Below, one piece after another: positions 43,301 to 52,438 of a stretch of 64,000 nucleotides of DNA; within the stretch, counting starts at the first letter, position 1, and each line of letters opens with the position of its first letter. The DNA is taken from contig CAVSGO010000003.1 in NCBI GenBank assembly GCA_963727525.1, forward strand, positions 352,001 to 416,000, given 5' to 3'. The stretch comes from an uncultured bacterium. GTDB taxonomy: Bacteria; Krumholzibacteriota; Krumholzibacteriia; LZORAL124-64-63. The position numbers were made by a program, and so were the translations under genes. The notes below the pieces were generated by a model that did no database searches, had not been told where the DNA came from, and saw nothing but the letters and a program-made list of their open reading frames with translations.

Positions 43301-43996
43301 GCGCCGGAGCGCGCAGCGCAGGTGATGGACGCCGTGGAGGAACATCTGATCAGCGAGCCCGAGCGACTCATCCGCCTGCTCACGCCCCCGTTCGTCGACA
43401 CACCGCACGACCCCGGCTACATCAAGGGTTACGTGGCCGGCGTGCGGGAGAACGGCGGCCAGTACACACACGCCGCGCTCTGGGTGGTGCGCGCCATGGC
43501 GACGTTACGCCGGCGCGATCGGGCCGCGGCGCTGCTCGATCTGCTCAACCCGGTGCTCCATGCAACCACGCCGGCCGACGTCGCGCACTATCAGGTGGAG
43601 CCGTACGTCGTGGCGGCCGATGTCTACGGCGCCGCGCCTCACGTGGGCCGGGGCGGCTGGACGTGGTACACGGGCTCGTCGGGTTGGATGCTGCGGGTCG
43701 CGCTGGAATCGATCCTCGGGCTGCGGGTCGAGGGCGGCGACACGCTTGTGCTCGATCCCTGCGTTCCCGACGCCTGGCCGCAGTTCGCCATCGACTGGCG
43801 CGTTCCTGGCTCGGCGACACGGTATCGCATCCGGGTGACCAATCCCGACGCCTGCAGCGAGGCCGTGGTCGCGATCACGGTGGACGGCTCTCCGATCGAC
43901 CCCGTGACCGGATGTCTGCGCGTGCCGCTGCGGCGCGACGGACAGGCCCACGCGGTTGCCGTGACCCTCGGCGCCGCGGGAAGGAGCACGCCATGA
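40334..43996 (+). CDS. GH94 glycoside phosphorylase resembling the C-terminal domain of cyclic beta-1,2-glucan synthase (NdvB/Cgs)
   Basis: AHPVFSKLF, GNVLDP, PQPWVNVIAN, NSRENRLTPWSND, FYQSGGAFGFRDQLQD, GDWNDG, ENGGQYTHA, GRGGWTWYTGS. Confidence 0.9.
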   Translation: MPPSRPVAGFEASVGVLANRAGTYTALVTAGGTGFSTCRGTLLTSASPAGAGLALWVRDRDDGGFWRVGADATCLHWEPGVATLTFAVAGFEATMAVAVDPDATRECRRLTLTNRSDRPRRIDVTSCAEVVLHAPAAHAAHPVFSKLFLQTAFADDVLVVRRRARDPHESTPWLAHACHGPGALSIETDRTRFIGRGFTREAPRALVESTPLSGTVGNVLDPVVSLRRILTLAPSEAATFDFVLSCGTTRAEALRLAGTDHTVNMLARARDAAVAAVSRRGASVADVATDQALAAAMLMGRRELLADADVRARVTGERGDLACLGLDPARPHAVLHADTPRGAALVPRLLGALATWRDLGLPIQLAIVGEADVATPGVVVLAPSSLGSGDRDRLEAFADLIVCDALPAVSHASEAPVARSRCSEGVRPAGPRLFDNGFGGFSSDGREYVITVAAGEDGRLRLPPQPWVNVIANDGFGCLVSETGAGTTWCGNSRENRLTPWSNDPLLDPPSEIFILHDPQTDTAFSCFPAPRPGPGSYEVRHGFGYTRCGFAGDGLRTTTLVFIHREHPVRITRVRVTNDGPEPRRLTLRAAYHLDMGDARFIVTDTDGVSGAAVARNPLAGDFSGQVAFAAVVGDEHAIAIREDIPAGAARLAHAVDLAVPPGATADVACLFGQAADVAAVRRLLEDLDSLDACDVAWQCARDFWRDGLGGLRVATPSPALDIMVNGWLGYQTLSCRIRGRTAFYQSGGAFGFRDQLQDAVALTALWPEVARAQILRNAAHQFVEGDVMHWWHPPRSRGIRTRFADDLVWLPFLTMQYVQATGDAALFDETAPYLTARALETGEDEAFLTPSVAAESGTVYDHCCRALDRALTRGAHGLPLFGSGDWNDGMNRVGREGRGESVWMGFFLAAAIDGFVSECERRGDRARAQHYHAYREDVARALDTSGWDGGWYLRGYYDDGSPLGTHRDTECRIDALVQAWSVLSGVAAPERAAQVMDAVEEHLISEPERLIRLLTPPFVDTPHDPGYIKGYVAGVRENGGQYTHAALWVVRAMATLRRRDRAAALLDLLNPVLHATTPADVAHYQVEPYVVAADVYGAAPHVGRGGWTWYTGSSGWMLRVALESILGLRVEGGDTLVLDPCVPDAWPQFAIDWRVPGSATRYRIRVTNPDACSEAVVAITVDGSPIDPVTGCLRVPLRRDGQAHAVAVTLGAAGRSTP

Positions 43997-45342
43997 CGCG
44001 CTTCCCCGACGGGTTCCTCTGGGGCGCCGCCACCTCCGCCTACCAGATCGAGGGCTCGCCCCTCGCCGACGGCGCGGGGCCGAGCAACTGGCACGTCTTT
44101 GCCCACACGCAGGGGCGTATCGCCAGCGGCGATACCGGCGACGTGGCCTGCGACCACTACCGCCGCTGGCACGACGACATCGCCCTGATGCGCGAGCTGG
44201 GGCTGAACACATACCGCTTCAGCCTGAGCTGGAGCCGGATCCTTCCTGCCGGCACGGGCTCGGTGAATGCGCGTGGGCTCGATTTCTACGAGCGCCTCGT
44301 CGATGGTCTGCTGGCGGCGGGGCTCGCACCGCTGCCGACGTTGTTCCACTGGGACTTGCCCGCGGCTCTCGATGAGCGGGGCGGCTGGGTCAACCGCGAC
44401 AGCGCCGCCTGGTTCGCCGACTACGCGCATCTCGTGGCCGGGCGGCTTGCCGACCGTGTTCCCCGCTGGGTGACGTTGAACGAGCCGTGGGTGGTCGTCG
44501 ACGGCGGCTACGTGCACGGTGCGCACGCGCCCGGGCACGCCAGCCTCCTTGAAGCGCCCCAGGCCACGCACAACCTGCTGCGGGCGCACGGCGAGGCCGT
44601 GCCGGCCCTGCGCGCCGCCGGGGCGCGCGAGGTGGGCATCGTCGTCAACATCGAACCCAAGGATCCGGCGAGCGGCCGGCCCGACGATCTCGCGGCGACC
44701 CAGCGTGCCGACGCCTACATGAATCGCCAGTACCTCGACCCGCTCTTCTTCGGCCAGTACCCCGAGGAGATGGTCGAGATCTTCGGGCGTTACTGGCCAC
44801 GCCACGATCCGGCCGACTTCGCGGTCATCGGTACTCCCATCGACTTCCTCGGCCTGAACTATTACACGCGTGCCGTCACCCGCTACGATCGCGCCGCGCC
44901 CCCGGTGCACGCTGCCAAGATCAATCCGCCGGGTGCGCCCCTGACGAAGCTGGACTGGGAAGTCCATCCCGAGAGCCTGCGGCGCGCGTTGCACTGGCTG
45001 AAGGACCGCTACGGAGACCGGCCCCTCTACATCACCGAGAACGGTGCCGCGTACGATGATCCCGAACCCGACGCGCAGGGCCGCGTGCGCGATCCACTGC
45101 GCACGGCGTACTACTGCGAACATCTGCGCGCCGTCCACGCCGCCATCGTCGAGGGCGTGGACGTTCGCGGCTACTACGCCTGGTCCCTGCTCGACAATTT
45201 CGAGTGGGCCTGCGGGTACGCCATGCGCCTGGGCCTCGTGCATGTGGATTTCGCGACCCAGGCGCGCACGATCAAGGACAGCGGCCAGTACTATCGTGAC
45301 GTCATCGCCAGCCAGGGCGCGTTGCTCGACGAGGAGCGCTGA
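43993..45342 (+). CDS. GH1 beta-glucosidase
   Basis: FPDGFLWGAATSAYQIEG, TLNEP (acid/base), YITENG (nucleophile), WSLLDNFEW. Confidence 0.96.
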   Translation: MTRFPDGFLWGAATSAYQIEGSPLADGAGPSNWHVFAHTQGRIASGDTGDVACDHYRRWHDDIALMRELGLNTYRFSLSWSRILPAGTGSVNARGLDFYERLVDGLLAAGLAPLPTLFHWDLPAALDERGGWVNRDSAAWFADYAHLVAGRLADRVPRWVTLNEPWVVVDGGYVHGAHAPGHASLLEAPQATHNLLRAHGEAVPALRAAGAREVGIVVNIEPKDPASGRPDDLAATQRADAYMNRQYLDPLFFGQYPEEMVEIFGRYWPRHDPADFAVIGTPIDFLGLNYYTRAVTRYDRAAPPVHAAKINPPGAPLTKLDWEVHPESLRRALHWLKDRYGDRPLYITENGAAYDDPEPDAQGRVRDPLRTAYYCEHLRAVHAAIVEGVDVRGYYAWSLLDNFEWACGYAMRLGLVHVDFATQARTIKDSGQYYRDVIASQGALLDEER

Positions 45343-45365
45343 CCACCGTCTGGTCCGGACAGAGA

Positions 45366-45395
45366 AAGGCCGGTCGGGATCTCCCGGCCGGCCTT
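45366..45395. terminator. Hairpin between convergent genes
   Basis: AAGGCCGGTCGGGA..TCCCGGCCGGCCTT. Confidence 0.65.
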
Positions 45396-45416
45396 CGTAT
45401 GTGCGGGCGAGGGATG

Positions 45417-46280
45417 TCAGTCCAGGAGCACACCGTCGCTGAGGCGGCAGTGGTACAGATTGCCGTCCATCGTCAGCGTACCCTCGCCGTCGCCGAAGAC
45501 GATCGAGAAGGTGCGCTCGATGTGCTGCTCGAGGTAGTCGTCGCCCCGCTCGATGGTGATGTCGGCCACGTAGGTGCCGTTCACGGTGCCGGAGATGGCC
45601 TGGCTGTAGTCGCGGCCGGCGCCCCGGGGCACGACCACGTCCATCAGTTCGAGGCCGAGCTGGCCGGCGTGGGTGCGGGAGAAGCGCGGCGTCTCGAGGT
45701 GGTTGGTGGCGGCCCGGGCGTAGGTGCCGTTCACCGTCAACCAGTCGGTGTTCACGCCGGTGACCACGAAGGAACCCTCGAGGGAATCGAGCGACTGCTC
45801 CACGCGGCGGGTGCGGTGCACGCCCGAACCGGAGAGGATGTCGAAATCCACCGTTGTGGCGGTGTCGCCGTCGACGATACGGAACTGCTGCGGATCGCCG
45901 GCCGCATCGAGGAAGCGCAACGTGTACAGGCGCGAGATGGACGCATAGGGTACGCCATCCGGATTGCCGCGCTCACGCTCGACGGTGATCGTCCACGTGC
46001 CGGTCGTCTCGTCGTAGTTCGCTTCACGGAAGCGGTCGTTCACGAAGTCCTTCGCCGCATTCAGGCCACCCACCGCGGTGGCGAGGTCGGCCATCTGGTC
46101 GGTGAGGCCGCCGTCGTCGGCGCCCAGGTCGCTGGCGACGACCTCGGCCGTGTCGGTGTCGGGGGTGATGGAGGTGGATCCGGTGGGCGACATCGGATCG
46201 TCGTCCTTGCTGCAGCCCGCCATGACGAGGGCGAAGGCCAGGAGGGCGAGTACGGTTGCGAGCCTGGGGTTCTTCAACAT
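45417..46280 (-). CDS. Hypothetical lipoprotein, beta-strand rich
   Basis: LVMAGC-SKDDD lipobox; Thr/Gly-rich strands. Confidence 0.75.
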   Translation of the reverse strand: MLKNPRLATVLALLAFALVMAGCSKDDDPMSPTGSTSITPDTDTAEVVASDLGADDGGLTDQMADLATAVGGLNAAKDFVNDRFREANYDETTGTWTITVERERGNPDGVPYASISRLYTLRFLDAAGDPQQFRIVDGDTATTVDFDILSGSGVHRTRRVEQSLDSLEGSFVVTGVNTDWLTVNGTYARAATNHLETPRFSRTHAGQLGLELMDVVVPRGAGRDYSQAISGTVNGTYVADITIERGDDYLEQHIERTFSIVFGDGEGTLTMDGNLYHCRLSDGVLLD

Positions 46281-46886
46281 GATCGTCCATCCCTTTTCTG
46301 GAGGTCCCATTTTCGCGCACGGCATCTCCTCTGCAAGGATCCGACCACGCGCGCGGCAGTGCGCCGGGATAGCTTGCAATTCGTTTTGACGAAATAGTTT
46401 GTAAATGTAGAGCGGCGACGGTGGAGCTTCGGTGACCGTCCGGCATGCCCGCAATCCGTACGTGCAGGTACGGCTCCGCACCCCGGCGACCATGCCGCCA
46501 GACGCCGGCATTTCGTATGAGGGAAGTCCTCGTCCAACAAGCCCGGCTCCTTCCCATACCCGGAAATGTCGCACGCCTCTATCGTGTGCATCGACGGCGC
46601 CCGGCATGGAGATCTCCGCCGGCGCAGGGCGTCAACGCCATCCGCGACACGCTGGACCCGCGCGACATGTCCATCAAGTTCGTAGTGTTCCGGCAACGTG
46701 TCCTCTTCCCCACCGACGTCGTCGTGTCAATGAGATGATCGTCCGATGGACCGGTGCTTGAATCCCGAGGTGCGTCGAGAGTAGAATCGCCGCCGCACGG
46801 CGCCCCGGGAACCGGGAACACCTGGTTCCCGCTTCCTCGCGGCGCCGCCACGGCATCGTGCACAATTCGAACGGGAGCGACGCGAC

Positions 46887-48182
46887 GTGTTTTCCTCGGT
46901 GCAACGACTCGGGACGGCCATCACCGAGCGCTCGCGGCTTGCGCTGGCCGGGCTGTTCGTCTCCGGCCTGGTGCTCCGGGTCGCCGTGGTCCTGCTGCGC
47001 AAGACGTATTTGCTGGATTTTCGCGGCACGGATCACGGATCCATCGCCTACAGCGTGGCCGATGGTGCCGGCTACGTGTACCACGGGTTTCCCACCAGCT
47101 ACTTCGGCCCGCTATTCACTTACCTCTGGGCAGGTTTGCTACACTGGCTCGGACCTGACCATGGCGAACTCGCGCTCGAGCTCGTGAACGCCGTCTGCCT
47201 GGCCACCGCGCCGTTGCTGCTGTACGTGTTCGGACGGCTCACGTTCACGCGCGGAGTGGCGCTGCTTGCGGCCGCCTGGCTCGCGTTCTATCCGGAATTC
47301 CTGATCCTTCCCAGCACCATGTTCGCGGCGAGCGTCCTGGTGTTCCTCTGGTGCGCCGTGCTGGCTCTCTATGCGTGGAGCCAGCGAAACGAGGGCCCGC
47401 ACCTCGCCATCGCGCTGGCGCTCGGCGTCGTCGTGGGAGCCATGATCCTCACGAAGGGACGCATGGCGGAGTTCGCGTGCCTGCTCGTAGGCGGGCTGGC
47501 CTGGCGTGGGTGGCACTCCGTCGCGCGCCGTGGACGCTGGCTGCTCGCCGCCGCGGTGGTCGTGCTCGGCGCCGGAGTCGTGGTCGCTCCCTGGACGATC
47601 CGCAATCTGCGCGTCCACGACCGTCTGGTGCTCTTCGAGTCCTCCTTCGGCTACAATCTCTGGCTGGGTCACAACGGCGATGCGACGGGCACCGGCAAGG
47701 CGCAACTCGGTGCATCGAACTTCAGCGATCGGGACGGGTCCGCGGTCGGCTTCACGCCCCCGCCCGCCATGGAGGCAGAGCTTGCGGGAGCCGGCAGCGA
47801 GATGGCGCGGGACGATATCTATCGCCGGCACGCGATGGCCGACATCCGTGCCCGCGGGCTCGGCGAGATTGGCCTGTCGCTGCGCAAGGTCGCCTATGCC
47901 TGGCTACTCGATCCCACCAACAGCCTGGTTCGCAGCCCCGTCTACTGGTTGCCCTGGTTCGTCACGCTGGCGTGCTTCCTCGGCGGACTCGTGTATCGTG
48001 TCGTGAGCGAGGGGCGACGGGATGTGCTGCTCTGGCTCATGTTCCTGGTCTGGACGGCGACCCAGGTGGTGTTCTTCGTGATCCCACGTCTGCGGTATCC
48101 CATCTATCCCCTCGTGTTCCTTCTCGCCGCGTACGGCGTGGTCGCGCTCTTCACGCGCCGATTCCGCGGCGCGCCAGCATAG
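46887..48182 (+). CDS. GT-C (GT39/ArnT-like) membrane glycosyltransferase
   Basis: Multi-TM; LAFYP, ILTKG, PWTIRN...GYNLWLGHN, RLRYPIYP. Confidence 0.7.
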   Translation: MFSSVQRLGTAITERSRLALAGLFVSGLVLRVAVVLLRKTYLLDFRGTDHGSIAYSVADGAGYVYHGFPTSYFGPLFTYLWAGLLHWLGPDHGELALELVNAVCLATAPLLLYVFGRLTFTRGVALLAAAWLAFYPEFLILPSTMFAASVLVFLWCAVLALYAWSQRNEGPHLAIALALGVVVGAMILTKGRMAEFACLLVGGLAWRGWHSVARRGRWLLAAAVVVLGAGVVVAPWTIRNLRVHDRLVLFESSFGYNLWLGHNGDATGTGKAQLGASNFSDRDGSAVGFTPPPAMEAELAGAGSEMARDDIYRRHAMADIRARGLGEIGLSLRKVAYAWLLDPTNSLVRSPVYWLPWFVTLACFLGGLVYRVVSEGRRDVLLWLMFLVWTATQVVFFVIPRLRYPIYPLVFLLAAYGVVALFTRRFRGAPA

Positions 48183-48193
48183 AGGAGGCAGCC

Positions 48194-49102
48194 ATGTCCA
48201 TCCGCCCAGTGAAGCGCATCATCCAGGCGCGACCCACGCTCGAAGGCGCTGGTGTGCATCTGCGACGCGCGTTCGGTTTCGGCGAGACCTCCGACTTCGA
48301 CCCGTTCCTGCTGCTCGACGACTTCCGCAACGAGGTGCCGGCCGACTACCTCGCGGGATTTCCGTGGCATCCGCACCGCGGCATCGAGACGATCACCTAC
48401 GTCCTCGCCGGCGAGGTGGAGCACGGCGACAGCATGGGCAATCGCGGCGTGATCGGCGCCGGCGACGTGCAGTGGATGACGGCCGGCCGCGGCATCATCC
48501 ACCAGGAGATGCCCAAGGGCGATTCGAACGGCCGCATGCACGGTTTCCAGCTCTGGGCGAACCTTCCGGCCTCGCTCAAGATGACCGAGCCGCGCTACCA
48601 GGAGATCAAGGCCGACGACGTTCCCGAGATCGTGGACGACGACGGCACGCGCGCGCGCCTGGTCTGCGGCCGATTATGGGGCATACGCGGCCCTGTGGAG
48701 GGTATCGCCACCGATCCGGTGTACGTGGACGTTTCGGTGCCTCCGGGCAAGCGCAAGACCCTGCCCGTGGAGACCACGAGCCACGCCTTCGCGTACGTTT
48801 TCGGCGGTACGGGCAAGTTTTGCAACGCGTCGGGTCCGCTGGCCGTGCCCACCGAGAGCGTCGGCCGGCACGACACCCATCCCCCCACCCAGGCCGACAA
48901 TCGCTCGCTCATCCTCTTCGATCGCGGCGACGAGGTCACCGTGCAGGCCGGCGATGACGGCATCCGCTTCCTGCTCGTGTCGGGCCGCCCGCTGCGCGAG
49001 CCGGTGGCCTGGCGCGGCCCCATTGTCATGAACTCCCAGGACGAGTTGCGGCAGGCGTTCAGCGAGCTGGAGCAAGGGACGTTTCTGAAGAACGAAGGGT
49101 GA
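48194..49102 (+). CDS. Pirin family protein
   Basis: DPFLLLD, GFPWHPHRGIETITY, QWMTAGRGIIHQE, GFQLWANLP, GPIVMN. Confidence 0.96.
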   Translation: MSIRPVKRIIQARPTLEGAGVHLRRAFGFGETSDFDPFLLLDDFRNEVPADYLAGFPWHPHRGIETITYVLAGEVEHGDSMGNRGVIGAGDVQWMTAGRGIIHQEMPKGDSNGRMHGFQLWANLPASLKMTEPRYQEIKADDVPEIVDDDGTRARLVCGRLWGIRGPVEGIATDPVYVDVSVPPGKRKTLPVETTSHAFAYVFGGTGKFCNASGPLAVPTESVGRHDTHPPTQADNRSLILFDRGDEVTVQAGDDGIRFLLVSGRPLREPVAWRGPIVMNSQDELRQAFSELEQGTFLKNEG

Positions 49103-49112
49103 CCTGGACCCG

Positions 49113-50537
49113 TCACTCCCCGAACGTGATCGGCGTCAACACCGTCACCGGCCCCCGGCCGAGCGCCTCCAGATCGGCCATGCCTCCGGCTGGGCGCCCC
49201 ACGACGAGGACCACCGGCGCCGGGCCGAAATCCGTCCACTCCCGCACGTGGGCCGCGACGTCGGCGGCGTCGACGGCGAGGTAACGCTCGACCAGATCCT
49301 GACTGTAGTGTGGCGGCAGGCCCGAGGCGATGTCCCGCAGGATCATCTCGACCACGGCCCCGGCCGTCTCCATGTGATTGATCAAGCCGCCGGCGAAGAA
49401 GGTGCGGCAGCCGCTCACCTCGTCGACGCCCAGCGGTCGTACGCGCACGCTGGCGAGGGCATCTTCGACGGTGCGGAAGAGGGCCGGCACGTTCTCGGCA
49501 GCGGTGCTGCCGAACATCACGAGTTCCGTACGCTCGCGGCCGATATCGAGACGGACGGCCGTGCCGTACGACAGGCCCGCCTGACGCGTCGCGAAGTACA
49601 CCCGCAGGAACCCGACGCCGTAGCTGTGGACCTGGGCGATGGGGAACTCGGGCGAGGTGCGTTTGAGGTCGTCGAGGAGGCGCCCCATGCGCACGTGGCA
49701 CTGCTCGAAGTCGCCAGGCAACCAGTACACGCCTGGCGCGGTGACCGGTTGCCATGGCCACAAGGTGAGTGGCGCCGGCGCCCGATCCCCGTGCCAGTCG
49801 CCGCAGAGTTGTTCGAGGCGCGCCAGCGCGTCGGCCAGCGTGACGTCGCCCGCGATGCCGATCACGGTGTGCACCGGCACCACGAACCTTGCATGCAGAG
49901 CGACGAGATCGTCGCGCGTGACGGCGTCGATCTCGCTGCGACCTGGCGTGTGGCCGCCGGGAGTGTCGGGCCCGTAGAGCAGGCGCGCGAACCACGTGGT
50001 GGCCAGGCGGTCCGGATCGTCGTTGATGGCGCGGTAGTCCTTGATGAGCTGGGCCTTCGCGCGCTCGAGGCGTTCGGCATCCCAGCGCGGCGCGCGCAGC
50101 AGGTCGTACCACAGCGCGAGGCCAGCATCGAGATCGGCGCTCGTGAGATAGGCCGTCACCGCGCCCACGCTCTCCCCGGCGTAGGCCGAGAGCGTGACGC
50201 CGTTCGCCGCCGTCGCCGAGTCCACCGCTGCCGGCGACAGCGCACCGGCACCGCCCTCGTCCCAGACGCGGGAGAGGAGCCGGTAGGCGGCGCGGTCGGC
50301 AGGGGCCAGGTAGCGCGAGCCCATGGACACGTGCGCGGAGAGCGTGACGATGGGCACGTCGTGGTTCTCGAAGACGAGCACGCGGATACCGTTGCTCAGC
50401 GTGGTGTCCACGGGCGTGGGAGCGTGCAGCGTGAGCGGTGGCAACGCGAGCTCGCGCGGGTCGCGCGGCGTGTCCGAAGCTGCCAGCAAGGGCGACGCCG
50501 CGACGAGGACGGTCAGGACCAGTAGCCGGCGGCTCAT
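49113..50537 (-). CDS. M16 peptidase, non-catalytic subunit
   Basis: Signal peptide, TLSNGIRVLV, VTRDDLVALH, GIAGD, GLSYG; no HxxEH. Confidence 0.85.
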   Translation of the reverse strand: MSRRLLVLTVLVAASPLLAASDTPRDPRELALPPLTLHAPTPVDTTLSNGIRVLVFENHDVPIVTLSAHVSMGSRYLAPADRAAYRLLSRVWDEGGAGALSPAAVDSATAANGVTLSAYAGESVGAVTAYLTSADLDAGLALWYDLLRAPRWDAERLERAKAQLIKDYRAINDDPDRLATTWFARLLYGPDTPGGHTPGRSEIDAVTRDDLVALHARFVVPVHTVIGIAGDVTLADALARLEQLCGDWHGDRAPAPLTLWPWQPVTAPGVYWLPGDFEQCHVRMGRLLDDLKRTSPEFPIAQVHSYGVGFLRVYFATRQAGLSYGTAVRLDIGRERTELVMFGSTAAENVPALFRTVEDALASVRVRPLGVDEVSGCRTFFAGGLINHMETAGAVVEMILRDIASGLPPHYSQDLVERYLAVDAADVAAHVREWTDFGPAPVVLVVGRPAGGMADLEALGRGPVTVLTPITFGE

Positions 50538-52078
50538 GATCCACCTCCCGTATCCGCGGCGGGTTCGAGCGTGACGACCGTTGCCCGCTCCGGACGCAGC
50601 ATTTCCCGGGCGAGCTGCGTGACCTCGGCGGCCGTGACCGCGTTCACGCGGTCTCTCATCGCCCACGCCGCCTGCCATGAGCCGTACAGGCCTTGCCATT
50701 TCGCGAGCAGCTCGGCGAGGTCGGCATTCTTCTGCAGGCCGAACGCGAAATCGCGCCGGTACACGCGACGCAGCTCGTCGAGGCGCGCGTCGGTGACCGG
50801 ATCCTTCTGCAAGCGCGCCAGCTCCTCCCAGATCATGGCCTCGACGGCCTCGTTCGTGGCGTCGGGCATGAGTGTCGCCTCGATGACGAACAGGCCGGGG
50901 TAGCGCTCGAATCCCCCCGTGGCCCAGGCATGGACGGTGCGTGCCACGCCTTCGTTCAGGTCGAGTCGGTGATCCAGTCGGCTCGTGTTGCCGCGCGCGA
51001 GCACGCCGGACAGAAGTGTGGCTGCCGGCATGCGCGGATCGTCGATGGCCACGCTCGGAAACGCGATGAGCACCTCGCGCTCGGTGCCCTGGTGATGCAC
51101 GGCGCGCCGCTGTGCCGTGGGCTCCGGTTCCACGGTGGAGGGACCCGTCGGCGCCGGACCGGCCGGGATATCGCCGAAATACCGCTCGAGCATCTCGCGC
51201 GCCCGCGCCGGATCGAAATCGCCCACGAGCGCGCCCACCATGTTCGACGGGGTGTAGTAGCGCTCGTAGAAGGCGTGGATCATGCGCGGATTGAGCGCGT
51301 CGAGATCGCGCATGGTCCCGATCGTGGGATTGCCGTAAGGGTGCTGCGTGAAGGCCGTCTGCATGAGCATCTCCCACGCGGCGCCGTCGGGGTCGTCTTC
51401 CGTGCGCTGCCGCCGCTCTTCCTTGACCACGTCCAGCTCGCTGTAGAATTCGCGGAACACCGGATGCTGGAGGCGCTCGCTCTCCATCAGCATCCACACC
51501 TCGAGGTTGTTGCTTGGCAGGTCGGTCTCGTACATCGTCACATCGACGTTCGTGTACGCATTGTAGTTCGTCGTGTACTGGTCATAGAGACGGGCCCAGG
51601 CATTGGGCTCCACATTCTCGTCCGCCCGCTCTTCCAGCGCGGACACGCGGGTGCGAAGCGCGGCGATCCGGGTGGAGTCGGAGTCGGCGCGGACCGCGGC
51701 CGTGAGGTCGTCGCCCACCAGCATCACCGAATCCAGGACCGCGGCCTCGAGCGCGGGATCGACCACCCCGATGGCATCCGTACCCTTGAACGCCATGTGC
51801 TCGAACATGTGTGCGAGCCCCGTCGCGCCCTCGGGATTGTCGACGTTGCCCACCCGCACCAGGATACGCCCCGAGATCAGCGGCACCTCATGACGAGGCA
51901 GCAGCACGAACTGCATCCCGTTTTTCAGGGTGACCAGCTCGATGTGCCGGAATACGGGGGGGTAGTCGGTGGCAGGCGCGGGTGGCGCCGTGTTCGCGGC
52001 GGGATGACGGGAGCAGCTCGCGATGAAGACCAGTGTGGTGCCGAGCAAGGCGATGCGCACGATCGCACGTGACGACAT
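50534..52078 (-). CDS. M16 (pitrilysin family) peptidase, catalytic subunit, probable lipoprotein
   Basis: GLAHMFEHMAFKGT (HxxEH), NAYT, VVKEERR, HPYG, YYTPSN; FIASC lipobox. Confidence 0.93.
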   Translation of the reverse strand: MSSRAIVRIALLGTTLVFIASCSRHPAANTAPPAPATDYPPVFRHIELVTLKNGMQFVLLPRHEVPLISGRILVRVGNVDNPEGATGLAHMFEHMAFKGTDAIGVVDPALEAAVLDSVMLVGDDLTAAVRADSDSTRIAALRTRVSALEERADENVEPNAWARLYDQYTTNYNAYTNVDVTMYETDLPSNNLEVWMLMESERLQHPVFREFYSELDVVKEERRQRTEDDPDGAAWEMLMQTAFTQHPYGNPTIGTMRDLDALNPRMIHAFYERYYTPSNMVGALVGDFDPARAREMLERYFGDIPAGPAPTGPSTVEPEPTAQRRAVHHQGTEREVLIAFPSVAIDDPRMPAATLLSGVLARGNTSRLDHRLDLNEGVARTVHAWATGGFERYPGLFVIEATLMPDATNEAVEAMIWEELARLQKDPVTDARLDELRRVYRRDFAFGLQKNADLAELLAKWQGLYGSWQAAWAMRDRVNAVTAAEVTQLAREMLRPERATVVTLEPAADTGGGS

Positions 52079-52438
52079 GAATACCTCCTGGCCCCCCGGA
52101 AGCGGTGGGGCGAGTGTGCCACAGCTAGCGACGTGGTCAAGGCGAGAGACGTGCCAAGAAGAATGTTGATGGCCCAGTCTGTGATACGATATAAAATATA
52201 TGCACACATAATATCAACGTAATCGGCCCAATGGCACCTTGATTCGACTGATGCTCGCCGTTCGCGGCCCCATCAACATTCTTCAAGGCACATCGGAACT
52301 GGCGCATCGGCGCTGTCCTGGCTATGTTAGCGCCGCGGGCAGCCCGGAATCATCTTCCGCGCCGACCCTAACGGACCTACCCGTCGGATCTGTCGAGCTG
52401 AGAGTGACTTGGCTCAATGGAGCCAAGGAGCACGAAGT

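Noticed and set aside
40334-43996. Cyclic beta-1,2-glucan synthase
   Set aside because: No membrane or synthase region; only the phosphorylase-type part is present
52232-52246. Sigma54 promoter for the helicase on the plus strand
   Set aside because: TGGCAC is present but the -12 element reads TTCG, lacking the invariant GC
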